Of a stretch of DNA of 49,590 nt, positions 42,101-49,590 are shown piece after piece. The stretch lies in assembly GCA_013416795.1 (NCBI GenBank), contig RQSC01000030.1:1-49590 (forward strand), read 5' to 3'. Both the position numbers and the translations under genes were made by a program. The notes under the pieces were generated by a model. The model worked only from the letters and a program-made list of their open reading frames with translations. It did no database searches and was not told where the DNA came from. The stretch's first letter is position 1. Every line of letters starts with the position of its first letter. The DNA comes from Prasinococcaceae sp. CCMP 1430 (Eukaryota; Plantae; Prasinodermophyta).

Positions 42101-43510
42101 GACAGCCTGTCGGCCGTGGCCATGCTGGGGGCGCTGTCAAAGCGCGTGGGCGACGAGAGCGTCGACCGCATGAGCTGGGACGAATTTGCGGCGTGCCCCA
42201 CTCCCCGCGGCATCGCGCGCTTGCTCTCGCGCGCCGATGCGGCCGGCTCCGCCGGCGCGAGCGTGCGCGCCAGTGAGGTCATCGGTGATGTGGAGAGGCT
42301 GGCGCTGCGCGTGCGGGCACGCGTCGACGACGCCGCGTCGGCATCCGCCGGCGCGGTGGAGGCAACGTCGGACAGCAAGACGGTCCTCGTGCTGGGCGCG
42401 GCGGGGCTCATCGGCGGCCACGTTGTGAGCTGCTTCCTGCGGCACGGCTATGCCGTCATGGGGTTGGCGCGCGCGCCCGACGCAGCGGCGTGCAGGGCAC
42501 GCGTGCTTGGCAATCTCGAGCGGCTCGCGCTGCTCGAGGAGGCCGAGCCCTTCCTCGCGCGCCTCCAGTGCGTGCCCGGCAACCTCATTGGGCTGCGCGA
42601 GAGCGCCGCATGGGAGGAGCTGCTGCGCGCCGGCGTCGCGGTGGTCGTCAATTGCGCCGGATGCGCGTCGATGGCGGCGTCGTACGCCGAGCTGTCAGCG
42701 GCAAACGTAGAGGGCGCGGCGCTCGCGTGGGAGCTCGCCGCCACGGTCGGGGCCCAGCTGCACCACATCTCGTCGTCTGTGGTCTTCCCCCCGCGTGTGA
42801 CGCCGTACCTCGACAGCGAGCTGCCGCGCCTCGATCACCTCGAGGGCGGCTACGCGATGTCCAAGTGGGGCGCTGAGGCAGTGCTGGTCAAGCTGTCTCT
42901 CGACAACCCGCGGGCGGCGCCGCCGCAGGCCATCCTTCACCGCGTGGGGAATGTGCGCCCCGCGCGGACGGCGGCGCGGGAGGACGCCGACGGCGCGGCG
43001 GCGGTCATGAGTGCGTGCGTGGCGCTTGGCGCCTTCCCGGAGGGCCTCGCCGCCACGTGGGAGTGCGCGGGCCGCCTGGCGAAGGGCATCCTCGCGGTGA
43101 GCCTGCGAGGCGTCGGCAGCAGCAGAGGCCGCAGCACGTACGGCGCGGGTCCGCCCGTGCGCGTTGTTCACCATTCGACGGCCGAGCGCGTGCGCGGAGA
43201 GGACCTGATGGCCGCGCTTCATGCCGCGGGCCACCCGCGCGTCGTGAGGCTCCCCGCCGAAGCCTGGGCAGCGCTGGTGCGCTCTGCCGTCGCCGAGCAC
43301 CAGAGCGACCGTGCGGGGGCGCCCGGCTGCCCGCGCGCGCTCGCCATCACAGCCTCCCTGCTCCGTGCGGGCGGTGGCGGCGCGGTCGGCGTGGCGGGCG
43401 CCATCGGCGCGCGCGACGCAAGCGTCGACGGCCAGAGCGACGCCGTCGCCGAGGGCAGCGTGCTGGCCCTCGCCGAGCGCTGGCGGAGCGGCGGCCTGCT
43501 CGCGCCCTGA
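39197..43510 (+). CDS. NRPS-like multidomain reductase: CAD-type Zn alcohol dehydrogenase - adenylation - thiolation - thioester reductase (ADH-A-T-R); 5' end at or just before the 18-N gap
   Basis: ADH: CGACGSD, PGHEIVG, Cx2Cx2Cx7C, LLCAG, GLGGVG. A: MTYREL, FTSGSTGTPKG, YSTGD, SGKADR. T: FFELGGDSL. R: VLGAAGLIG, NVEG, HISS, YAMSK. No stop between domains. Confidence 0.9.
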   Translation, partial: SWARVRVAFCGACGSDAAECACAWTGGAPPELPLVPGHEIVGMVEEAPGDAPAWAARGAWVGVGCMVASCGSCRRCSRGEEQFCNRVAWTYGSRLDDDGEGACSDASGDKPAARARTTGGFATHVVADVRFLVPLPEAACASPSALAATAPLLCAGATAYSALKAQGLLDAGSGRRAAVVGLGGVGHLMVRLLASVRGADAVAVVSRARAKEAEARALGAGEFIELGGETSPSAGTFDVVFDTASGDHDVEALLELLDVGGTLVQVGLPPGGLTLSPFALPARRLSVQGTFIAGVAETAEAVREFVSRGILPSVDVIPATAETASEVLRLLSCGEGGARRYVLDMAPLHEVHGANELRAATGAPWHDGARARALGVCRGVRGSLWPAGGADSVHEAFFRAAERWPDAPALASPLEARMTYRELAASARALAAHLREVAGGRLAVAAAAGRTPVAACMLPSCGVRICAYFATLAAGLAYCPIEIGHPEATARTLLAAVDATVFVAAPSLASLAPEGIPTVALTWESVEGLRGGAALPPPASNAVAHVVFTSGSTGTPKGVVCAHAGSLASHAWRHALQPYRPGDVVASCIFGIWDAVGALLHGASVAPVAEETLRSPRVLGLFMLRARCNRIMITPSLLGHALCDTVCLAALRACTAVVTCGEPLPQTMAAQAMSALSDDGCGASEGRSLMNLYSCAETHDVAAEVARLSGAVGAAEVTSTAERLATVGVVAPHAEVLVMRSLEPPVLAGVGEEGEVVVTGDLTLASGYYNQDDGGVSAKGRFFDLDGVRAYSTGDRGALREDGRLAISGRDEQTAVANVRGHTVSLLDVEHALRAVGALQAVAAVAPDAKGRDVVVALVPPGVEPPAEELLARLKTEGTLPSAAMPARVLVTDSPLVSSASGKADRTAARALAAKMLKSEAALSRGALNGAPEATSSEGELAEAVRCAIVDELGCDAGLDSDFFELGGDSLSAVAMLGALSKRVGDESVDRMSWDEFAACPTPRGIARLLSRADAAGSAGASVRASEVIGDVERLALRVRARVDDAASASAGAVEATSDSKTVLVLGAAGLIGGHVVSCFLRHGYAVMGLARAPDAAACRARVLGNLERLALLEEAEPFLARLQCVPGNLIGLRESAAWEELLRAGVAVVVNCAGCASMAASYAELSAANVEGAALAWELAATVGAQLHHISSSVVFPPRVTPYLDSELPRLDHLEGGYAMSKWGAEAVLVKLSLDNPRAAPPQAILHRVGNVRPARTAAREDADGAAAVMSACVALGAFPEGLAATWECAGRLAKGILAVSLRGVGSSRGRSTYGAGPPVRVVHHSTAERVRGEDLMAALHAAGHPRVVRLPAEAWAALVRSAVAEHQSDRAGAPGCPRALAITASLLRAGGGGAVGVAGAIGARDASVDGQSDAVAEGSVLALAERWRSGGLLAP

Positions 43511-44385
43511 GCCGGCGAGTCCGAGCCGCCCACGCGCATGTGCCCCTCCGCCACCGCGGCGCCGCGCCCCTTCGCTTCGTGGTGCCAACGAACGGGCCGC
43601 CGCGTGCGTTGTGATGTACATAATGTGAATTGACATGCGTACGATATTAGTATGTTTTACATTCGCGGTCGATTGTCTCTGCGCTTTGATGTGAGATCTC
43701 TTCACATTTTGCGTGACGTCTCAGAGTGCGTCCCAATGCAAAACGAAGAGAGATTTTCGCGATGCGTGGGATCCGTGATGGCATGGGAACGTTGGTTGGG
43801 GCGAAGAGATCTTGCGACGCCGCGCGCGCGCGCGGGCTGGCGAGGGTGCGGCACACGCCGCGCGCGCGGCCCCCGCCTGGCGCGTCCCGAGGGGACGGGC
43901 GTCGCGAGGGGGCGTCAGCGGGGCGCGGGGGCGCGATGCTAGTAATAGCNNNNNNNNNNNNNNNNNNNNNNNNNNNNNNNNNNNNNNNNNNNNNNNNNNN
44001 NNNNNNNNNNNNNNNNNNNNNNNNNNNNNNNNNNNNNNNNNNNNNNNNNNNNNNNNNNNNNNNNNNNNNNNNNNNNNNNNNNNNNNNNNNNNNNNNNNNN
44101 NNNNNNNNNNNNNNNNNNNNNNNNNNNNNNNNNNNNNNNNNNNNNNNNNNNNNNNNNNNNNNNNNNNNNNNNNNNNNNNNNNNNNNNNNNNNNNNNNNNN
44201 NNNNNNNNNNNNNNNNNNNNNNNNNNNNNNNCCGCCCCCTCTCTCTCCCCCCCGGCCCGACTCCCGGCCACCACCCCCTGCCACTTCACCCACCTCGGCG
44301 CCCTCGCGCGCGCGCGCCGCCGCACGACCTGCTGCAGCGCAGATCTCCTCCTTTTTTTCCATTTCTCCGCCTTTTTTTTTTTGGA

Positions 44386-44393
44386 TAGGGTTT
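44386..44393 (-). promoter_or_regulatory. Telo-box-like element (AAACCCTA)
   Basis: TAGGGTTT lies after poly-T tracts upstream of the MYB exon (5' UTR or first intron). Confidence 0.35.
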
Positions 44394-44630
44394 TGGGCGG
44401 ACGTGCGCGCTGCCCTGAAATGAACCCTGTCTCAAAAATACCTTAAACGCGCGACGAGGAGGTTACGGTCGTGACGAGCCGGCACGCTGCGGGGCGGGCG
44501 GCGCACTGCCTGCCAGCTCACCGGGGACGCGAGCGGCAGCGCGACTGCCCCTCCCCACCGCCTACGCTGCGCGCTGACGCGCTCGCCCCTCCGCACCGCT
44601 CTCCTCGCGCCTATACCACCGCTGCGCGGC

Positions 44631-44665
44631 TCTCTCTCTCTCTCTCTCCCCCTCTCTCTCTCTCT
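44631..44665 (+). repeat. (CT)n microsatellite acting as the polypyrimidine tract of the MYB acceptor
   Basis: An interrupted CT run immediately precedes CCCCAG at 44667-44672. Confidence 0.8.
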
Positions 44666-44672
44666 ACCCCAG

Positions 44673-45281
44673 GCGGACGACCACAGCGGGCTCCCGTCGA
44701 CGTCGGGCGATGGCGGCAGCGGCTCGGGCCGGAGCGGCTCGGGCCGCAGCAAGAAGGCCGGAGCGGCGGGCGCGCGGACGGCCGACCAGGAGCGCCGCAA
44801 GGGCATCCCGTGGACAGAGGAGGAACACCGACTGTTCCTGCTGGGCCTCGCCAAATTCGGCAAGGGCGACTGGCGCTCCATCTCGCGCAACTTCGTCATC
44901 AGCCGCACGCCCACGCAGGTGGCGTCGCACGCGCAGAAGTACTTCATCCGGCTCCACTCGATGAACAAAGACAAGAGGAGGTCCTCCATCCACGACATCA
45001 CGAACGCAAAGAACGCCGCCAACGGCGCCGGCGGCAGCGGCGGCAGCGGCGGCGCGGGCGGCAGCAGCGCCGACGGATCGGCCGCGGCCAAGTCGGGCGG
45101 AGGGAGCGGCGGCTCGATGGGTGCGCAAGGCCGCGCGCAGGCGGGAACGTCGCAGCAGGGCGCGCAGGCGCAGCGCCAGTCCGGCGGCGCGGCCGCGGCG
45201 GCACAGCAGCAGCAGGGGCCCGGCTTCGGCGCGCCGCCGATGGGCTTCCAGGGCCAGGAAGTGTACGGCCGGCAATTTTGA
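44673..45281 (+). CDS. SHAQKYF-class MYB-related transcription factor (DIVARICATA-like), 5'-partial exon
   Basis: [55 protein letters not shown]...[10 protein letters not shown]. Acceptor at 44672. Upstream exon(s) probably lie in the 43950-44231 gap. Confidence 0.92.
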   Translation, partial: ADDHSGLPSTSGDGGSGSGRSGSGRSKKAGAAGARTADQERRKGIPWTEEEHRLFLLGLAKFGKGDWRSISRNFVISRTPTQVASHAQKYFIRLHSMNKDKRRSSIHDITNAKNAANGAGGSGGSGGAGGSSADGSAAAKSGGGSGGSMGAQGRAQAGTSQQGAQAQRQSGGAAAAAQQQQGPGFGAPPMGFQGQEVYGRQF

Positions 45282-45789
45282 GGGGGCTACAGAGACAGGA
45301 CAGACAGAGTTTTCAAGTAGGTCACGTGCGCGCGCTCGTGCGCGCGCACCCAAATATCCAAACACACACAAACGCCCGCCCGGCACTGCCCTCTCGCACC
45401 GCGTGAGCGTTGTGCCGGCCGCACGCGCCCCGGCGACAAGGCCGGCGCGCGCTGCTCCCTATTTAGAAGGTGCTCGTTGCCACCTACGGCGTGATGCCTG
45501 TAAGGTGCGCGACGTCCAATTGGTGTTCGACTCGCGCGGACGGTGAGCGCCGCGCCTGCCTTCGTGCCGCCATGCCCTCAGGAGACCGCACCCGCGGGCT
45601 CCTCCTCGCGCGAGCGCACAGAGCGCGCGCCTCCTCTCCCTCTCCCTCTCGCTCATTTCTGTCCATGCAATTCATCAGTCATTATTAGAGGGCGCGCGGG
45701 TTTCCAGGAGTGTGCACCGCGCGCGCGGGGGGCGAGCCGACATGCATGCGCCCGTACGCGCCCGCGCGTGGGCCACCGGCGCGCCGAAG

Positions 45790-47252
45790 TCAGTCGCGGA
45801 CGCCCTGCGCGGCGCACATGTCGGCGTACGGGCCGCCTCGCGCGAGCAGCTGCGCGTGCGAGCCTTGCTGCGCGACGCTGCCTCCGCGCAGGACAACGAT
45901 GCGGTCGGCGTGGCGCGCGGCGGCCACCCGGTGGTGTACCATGAGCACAGTGATGCCCTCAGCCCGGCAGCGCGCAAGCAGGCTCTCCACGAGGGCACCT
46001 TCGGAGACAGCGTCGAGCGCCGACGTGGGCTCGTCGAGCAGCAGCAGCCGCGGCTTGCGCAGCAGCGCACGCGCCACAGCCACGCGTGCCGACTGCCCGC
46101 CGCTCAACCCACCGCCCTCCCTGCTCACCACGTGGTCGTATCCGCCCTCGAGCTCCCCGATGAAGCCCGCCGCCCCCGCCGCCTCCGCGGCCGCTACTAC
46201 GGCCTCGATAGGCGTGTCCGCCGGCGCGCCGAAGCGGATGTTGTCTGCCACGGTGCCGCGCATGAGCGCTATCCCCTGCTGCACCCACCCGATGCTCGCG
46301 CGCAGCTCTCTGAAAAGGTGGCGCGCATGCGCGTGCAGGCGTGGGCGTCAACGTTGGCGTGAGGATGCTGGTTGACGGGGATGGTGGTTGAGTGCGCGAC
46401 AGACGGGCAAGCGGGTGCAGTCGCATTTCTGCGCTCGCTCGCTCGCTCGCTCGCTCGCTCGCTCGCTTGCGCACGCGCGCGCGTACCTGGGATTTGCGCG
46501 GCGTACATCGACCCCGTCCACGTACACGGCGCCGCCCACGGGCTCCACGAAGCGTGCAACCATGTCGAGCAGCGTGCTCTTGCCACAGCCGCTGTTTCCC
46601 ACCAGACTTACCACCTCGCCGCGCCTCACGGCGAAGCTCACGCCGTGGAGCACCGCCGGTGACTTAGGCGACTCTGCCATCGAAGAGGCGCGGCCGGTCG
46701 CGCCGTCGGCGGCCCCCAGCGAGAAGCCGTCCACGGCGTCCCACGCCGAGTAGTGAAAGCGCACGTCGTCGAACTCAACCGCCGGCTGCGCGCCGACCCC
46801 CACAGTGCCGTCCGCCCACAGCGGCTCATAGGCGAGCAACGCCCCGTCCTCCCCCTCGAACTCCGCGGGTGCCTCCAGCAGCTCCACAACGCGCCGACTG
46901 ACCCCGAGCGCCGCGTAAACCTTTCCCACCTGCGCCACGAGCTTGTCGACCGCCCCGCCCACCTCGAGGCAGTAGTACGAGAAGCTGACGAGGTCACCGG
47001 CGGAGAGCGCGCCCGAACGCACCCTCAGCGCACCAGCGGCGATGACAGCACAGAGGACGAGCCGCCCGAGGCACTGTACGACGTTGGCGGCGATCTGCTC
47101 AGCGACGGCCGCGCGCTGCGCCGCCGCGAGTGCCCTGGCGCGCGCGGCATCGTATCGCGCCGCCTCGGCGTCCTCGGCACCGAACGCCTTGACGAGGCGC
47201 GGCGCAGCGAGGCCCTCAGCGGCGAGCGCGGCCGCCTCCCCTGCGGCGGCGG
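45790..47252 (-). CDS. ABCB-type half transporter, 3' part (end of TMD + NBD); exons 47252-46487 and 46309-45790
   Basis: RLVKAFGAE, Walker [11 protein letters not shown]-loop GWVQQG, signature LSGGQ, Walker [13 protein letters not shown] and H-loop VHHR. Intron GTACGC...TTTTCAG of 177 nt. Confidence 0.9.
46432..46466. repeat. (CGCT)n tetranucleotide microsatellite in the ABC intron
   Basis: About 9 consecutive units seen directly. Confidence 0.9.
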
Positions 47253-47253
47253 N

Positions 47254-48020
47254 GGACTGGCCGCCAGGTGCTGCCCGCGGCATTGCAGCAGCAGCAGCAG
47301 ATGTCGAATGCCGATCACGTCCACTGGCGCCATGTGCATCGTTGTTTCGCCGGCCGTGTCGCGCGAGCTCCCCTCAGAGACCACGCCGGGCTCGCTACTC
47401 ACCGCCAGCAACGCCTCCAGGTCGCGTTTGAGTTCGTGCATCATACCATAGCGGATCTTGGTCTCTATGTACTTCGTGGAGGTCACCAGTGACCAGCAAC
47501 GGCCCACCTTGCGAGCCCTCAGCAGCATGGTGGGTGCAAGCTGCAGCGCAGCATCGAAGGCGCCGTACGCGCAAAGCTCAGAGGTGACCGTTCCGCCCAC
47601 GCGATCGAGCTGGGACGAAGGCGTGCCTTGAAACACCTCGGTGTGCAGCACGTCCTCAAGGATGTCGGCGTATTCACCGCACACGCGACGGTCGAGCTCC
47701 GCCGATTGCACGTATCGCGCACACGCAGCCAGCGCCACTTCACTGTGCGTTATGGCGTAAAGCCCCGAGCTGGCGTGCGTCCGAGCTATGAGCGGCCGCG
47801 ACTGCGTGAGGAGCTCGTGCCATATCGGCGAGTCATCGTATGGAATGTCCACTTGGGCCGCCTCGCTGAGCACAGCGTCGGCCTCGGCAGCGCAAGTCGC
47901 CATGCGCACGAGCTGTCCATGCGTGAGCCCACCTCCACCGGCGCATAGAAGGGCGGTGAAGAGACCGCACACGATGGGCCTGCCGAATTCGAGCTCGAGA
48001 CCCGCCAGCAGCGCTCCTGC
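47254..48020 (-). pseudogene. Fragment of an unrelated gene resembling the post-NACHT helical region of TEP1/NPHP3-like proteins
   Basis: LELEFGRPIVCGLFTALLCAGGGGLTHGQL and WHELLTQSRPLI...GLYAITHSEVALAACARYV. No room for its own start or NTPase domain, and it ends at the single N. Confidence 0.4.
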
Positions 48021-48051
48021 CCTCGCTCGCGCGCTCGCGCGCTCGCGCGAT

Positions 48052-48930
48052 ATGGACCGGCGCGGCAGGGCGGCGCTGCGCGCCGCGCTGCTCTGCGCGG
48101 TGGCGGCGGTTGCCGCCGCCAAGAAGGCCACGCCGTGGAAGGAGGGCGCCGTGAAGGCGGACGTCAAGTACGTCAAGTGCGGCGTGTGCGAGGCGACCGC
48201 GCGCGAGCTCTACCGTCAGACCAAGACGCTGCGCGAGGACGCGCTCGCCGCTGGCAAGAAGGTTCTGCCCGAGGAGGACATCCTCCAGCTCACGGATCAC
48301 ATCTGCGACCCTGAGCGGGACCAGGGCGAGTGGATCGCGCGCCTCGACATGCAGGAGCGCGATGACCGCACCATCGAGCTTGTCGACATGGGCGACTTCG
48401 GCGACTGCCTGTCCGAGTGCCGCACCATGCAGAAGGCGTGCGAGGGCGTCGTCGAGGATGCTGCGGTCGACATCGCCGAGCTGCTGTACCGCGGCGAGGC
48501 CGGGCGCGCGGCCGTCACGAGCGCGCTCTGCCGTGAGCTCACGCCCGCGTGCCGCAAGAGGGCGCCGAAGCTGGCTGCCGATCGCGCGCCGGGCCCGGCT
48601 TTCGTGCCGGCCGACCCCGAGGAGCGCCGGCTCACCAAGATGATGAAGAACATGCAGGGCATGGACGGCATGCCGGGGATGTCGATGTACAGCCGCGAGG
48701 AATTGATGGAGCGCTACGGCCTGGGCGAGGAGGGTGAGGACGGCATGGGCTTCGGCGGCGCCGGGTACGAAGACCCCTACGCCGACCCCTACGGGTACTC
48801 GGCCGACCCCGAGGGCGGCGCGAACGAGCCAGGCGCGTCCGAGACGTTCGCCGCGGTCGGGGAGTCGCTCTCGCAGGCGTACGGCGCTGCCAAGTGGGCC
48901 GCGGGCAAGCTCGCGGGCCTGTTCGGCGGC
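48052..48930 (+). CDS. Canopy/MSAP-like saposin-B protein (DUF3456 type) with signal peptide; 3' end unresolved
   Basis: Signal peptide MDRRGRAALRAALLCAVAAVAAA, KCGVCEA, DHICDP..GEWI.RLD, ECRTMQKAC and LCRELTPAC, followed by an acidic Met/Gly-rich tail. No stop occurs before it runs antisense into the ABC exon. Confidence 0.8.
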
Positions 48931-48980
48931 GGCGGCGTCGAGAGGAAAGTCGAAGGCGCCCTCAGGTGGCATTGCAATCG

Positions 48981-49590
48981 TCAACTCTCAGCCGCCGCGT
49001 CGCGCCTCGCCGGCGCGAGCGAGCGACCTGCCGCGCCGACCGCCGCCGCGCAGCACGCAACGGCGAGCGTGAGCGGCGCGTCGATGCGGAAGCACAACGC
49101 GAGGCCGCCGATGGCATACACCGAGGCATGCGTCACCTTGTTGAGGCCGTCGTCGAGCAGCTCGCGGAAGGCCTCCGCGTCGGACGCCAGGACGGCGGCC
49201 ACGCGGCCCTGGCCCGCCGCGGCGAGCGCGCGCAGGGGCAGCCGACGCGCACGCGATAGCGCGGCCGCGCGCAGTCGGCCGACGCTCGCCTCGGCAGCAA
49301 AGCGCAGAAGCACGTGGCCGGCGAACGACAGCACGTGGCGCAGAGCGAAGAGCAGCGCCGCGAGCGCGGCGTTGCGGTAGGCGACGCGGCGGGGCGCGAG
49401 CGCAGCGTCGCCGCCATCATCGCCGACGCCACCCCCTCCGGCGCCAGAGCCGGAGCCTCCGAGCAGGATCAGCGCAGCGGGCCCGCCTGTCACCTCACCA
49501 CCGAGCATGACGCCGTCGATGATGCGCCGCAGCAGCACGGGCACGGCGAGCGCCGCGAGCGTCGCGCCCGCCAGCGCGGCGCAGCCCGCG
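48981..49590 (-). CDS. ABCB-type transporter, 5' part of the transmembrane domain (continues beyond window end)
   Basis: PVLLRRIIDG, hydrophobic helices, AEASVGRLRAAAL, GRVAAVLASDAEAF and DAPLTLAV are typical ABC TMD pattern. It hits TGA at 48981-48983. Confidence 0.8.
   Translation of the reverse strand, partial: AGCAALAGATLAALAVPVLLRRIIDGVMLGGEVTGGPAALILLGGSGSGAGGGGVGDDGGDAALAPRRVAYRNAALAALLFALRHVLSFAGHVLLRFAAEASVGRLRAAALSRARRLPLRALAAAGQGRVAAVLASDAEAFRELLDDGLNKVTHASVYAIGGLALCFRIDAPLTLAVACCAAAVGAAGRSLAPARRDAAAES

Noticed and set aside
3-43510. Saccharopine dehydrogenase-like gene plus A-T-R gene as an alpha-aminoadipate lysine pathway
   Set aside because: SCCPDH-like proteins are not the Lys1/Lys9 enzymes, the A domain lacks the amino-binding Asp, and the genes are 38 kb apart.
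44420-44446. Short ATG-initiated ORF (MNPVSKIP) upstream of the MYB exon
   Set aside because: Cannot tell 5' UTR from intron because upstream exons are in the gap. A chance uORF is likely.
5943-46486. Introner-element family among the introns
   Set aside because: Introns share only donor, branch and acceptor consensus. No internal sequence similarity was seen by eye.

Overview
A gene-dense, very GC-rich (roughly 70% by eye) eukaryotic window with short GT-AG introns and conserved CTGAC branch points, consistent with a unicellular green alga (taxon is inference). About 20 protein-coding genes or gene parts can be supported: SCCPDH-like, FAD-oxidase/cyclopropane-fatty-acid-synthase fusion, ICME-like esterase, YEATS/GAS41, UAA nucleotide-sugar/PAPS transporter, two methyltransferases, TEN1, Ariadne-like RBR ligase, a long coiled-coil protein, AP-2 alpha-adaptin, mTERF-like, FHA-tBRCT (MDC1-like), malic enzyme, DUF1308, tyrosine aminotransferase, an NRPS-like enzyme, a SHAQKYF MYB, an ABCB half-transporter and a Canopy-like saposin protein. 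The most unusual element is a roughly 4.4 kb uninterrupted frame fusing a CAD-type Zn alcohol dehydrogenase to an adenylation-thiolation-reductase module (ADH-A-T-R). It is flanked by an aromatic aminotransferase, a MYB factor and an ABC exporter. Other oddities are an ABC gene split by 1.7 kb of unrelated gene material, an island of gene-like relics (38.0-38.9 kb), an MDC1-like architecture and a DUF1308 protein with an apparently intact D...ExK motif. Seven N gaps limit several gene models. No rRNA, tRNA, CRISPR array or intact transposon was seen. All family calls are from motif recognition by eye, without database searches.
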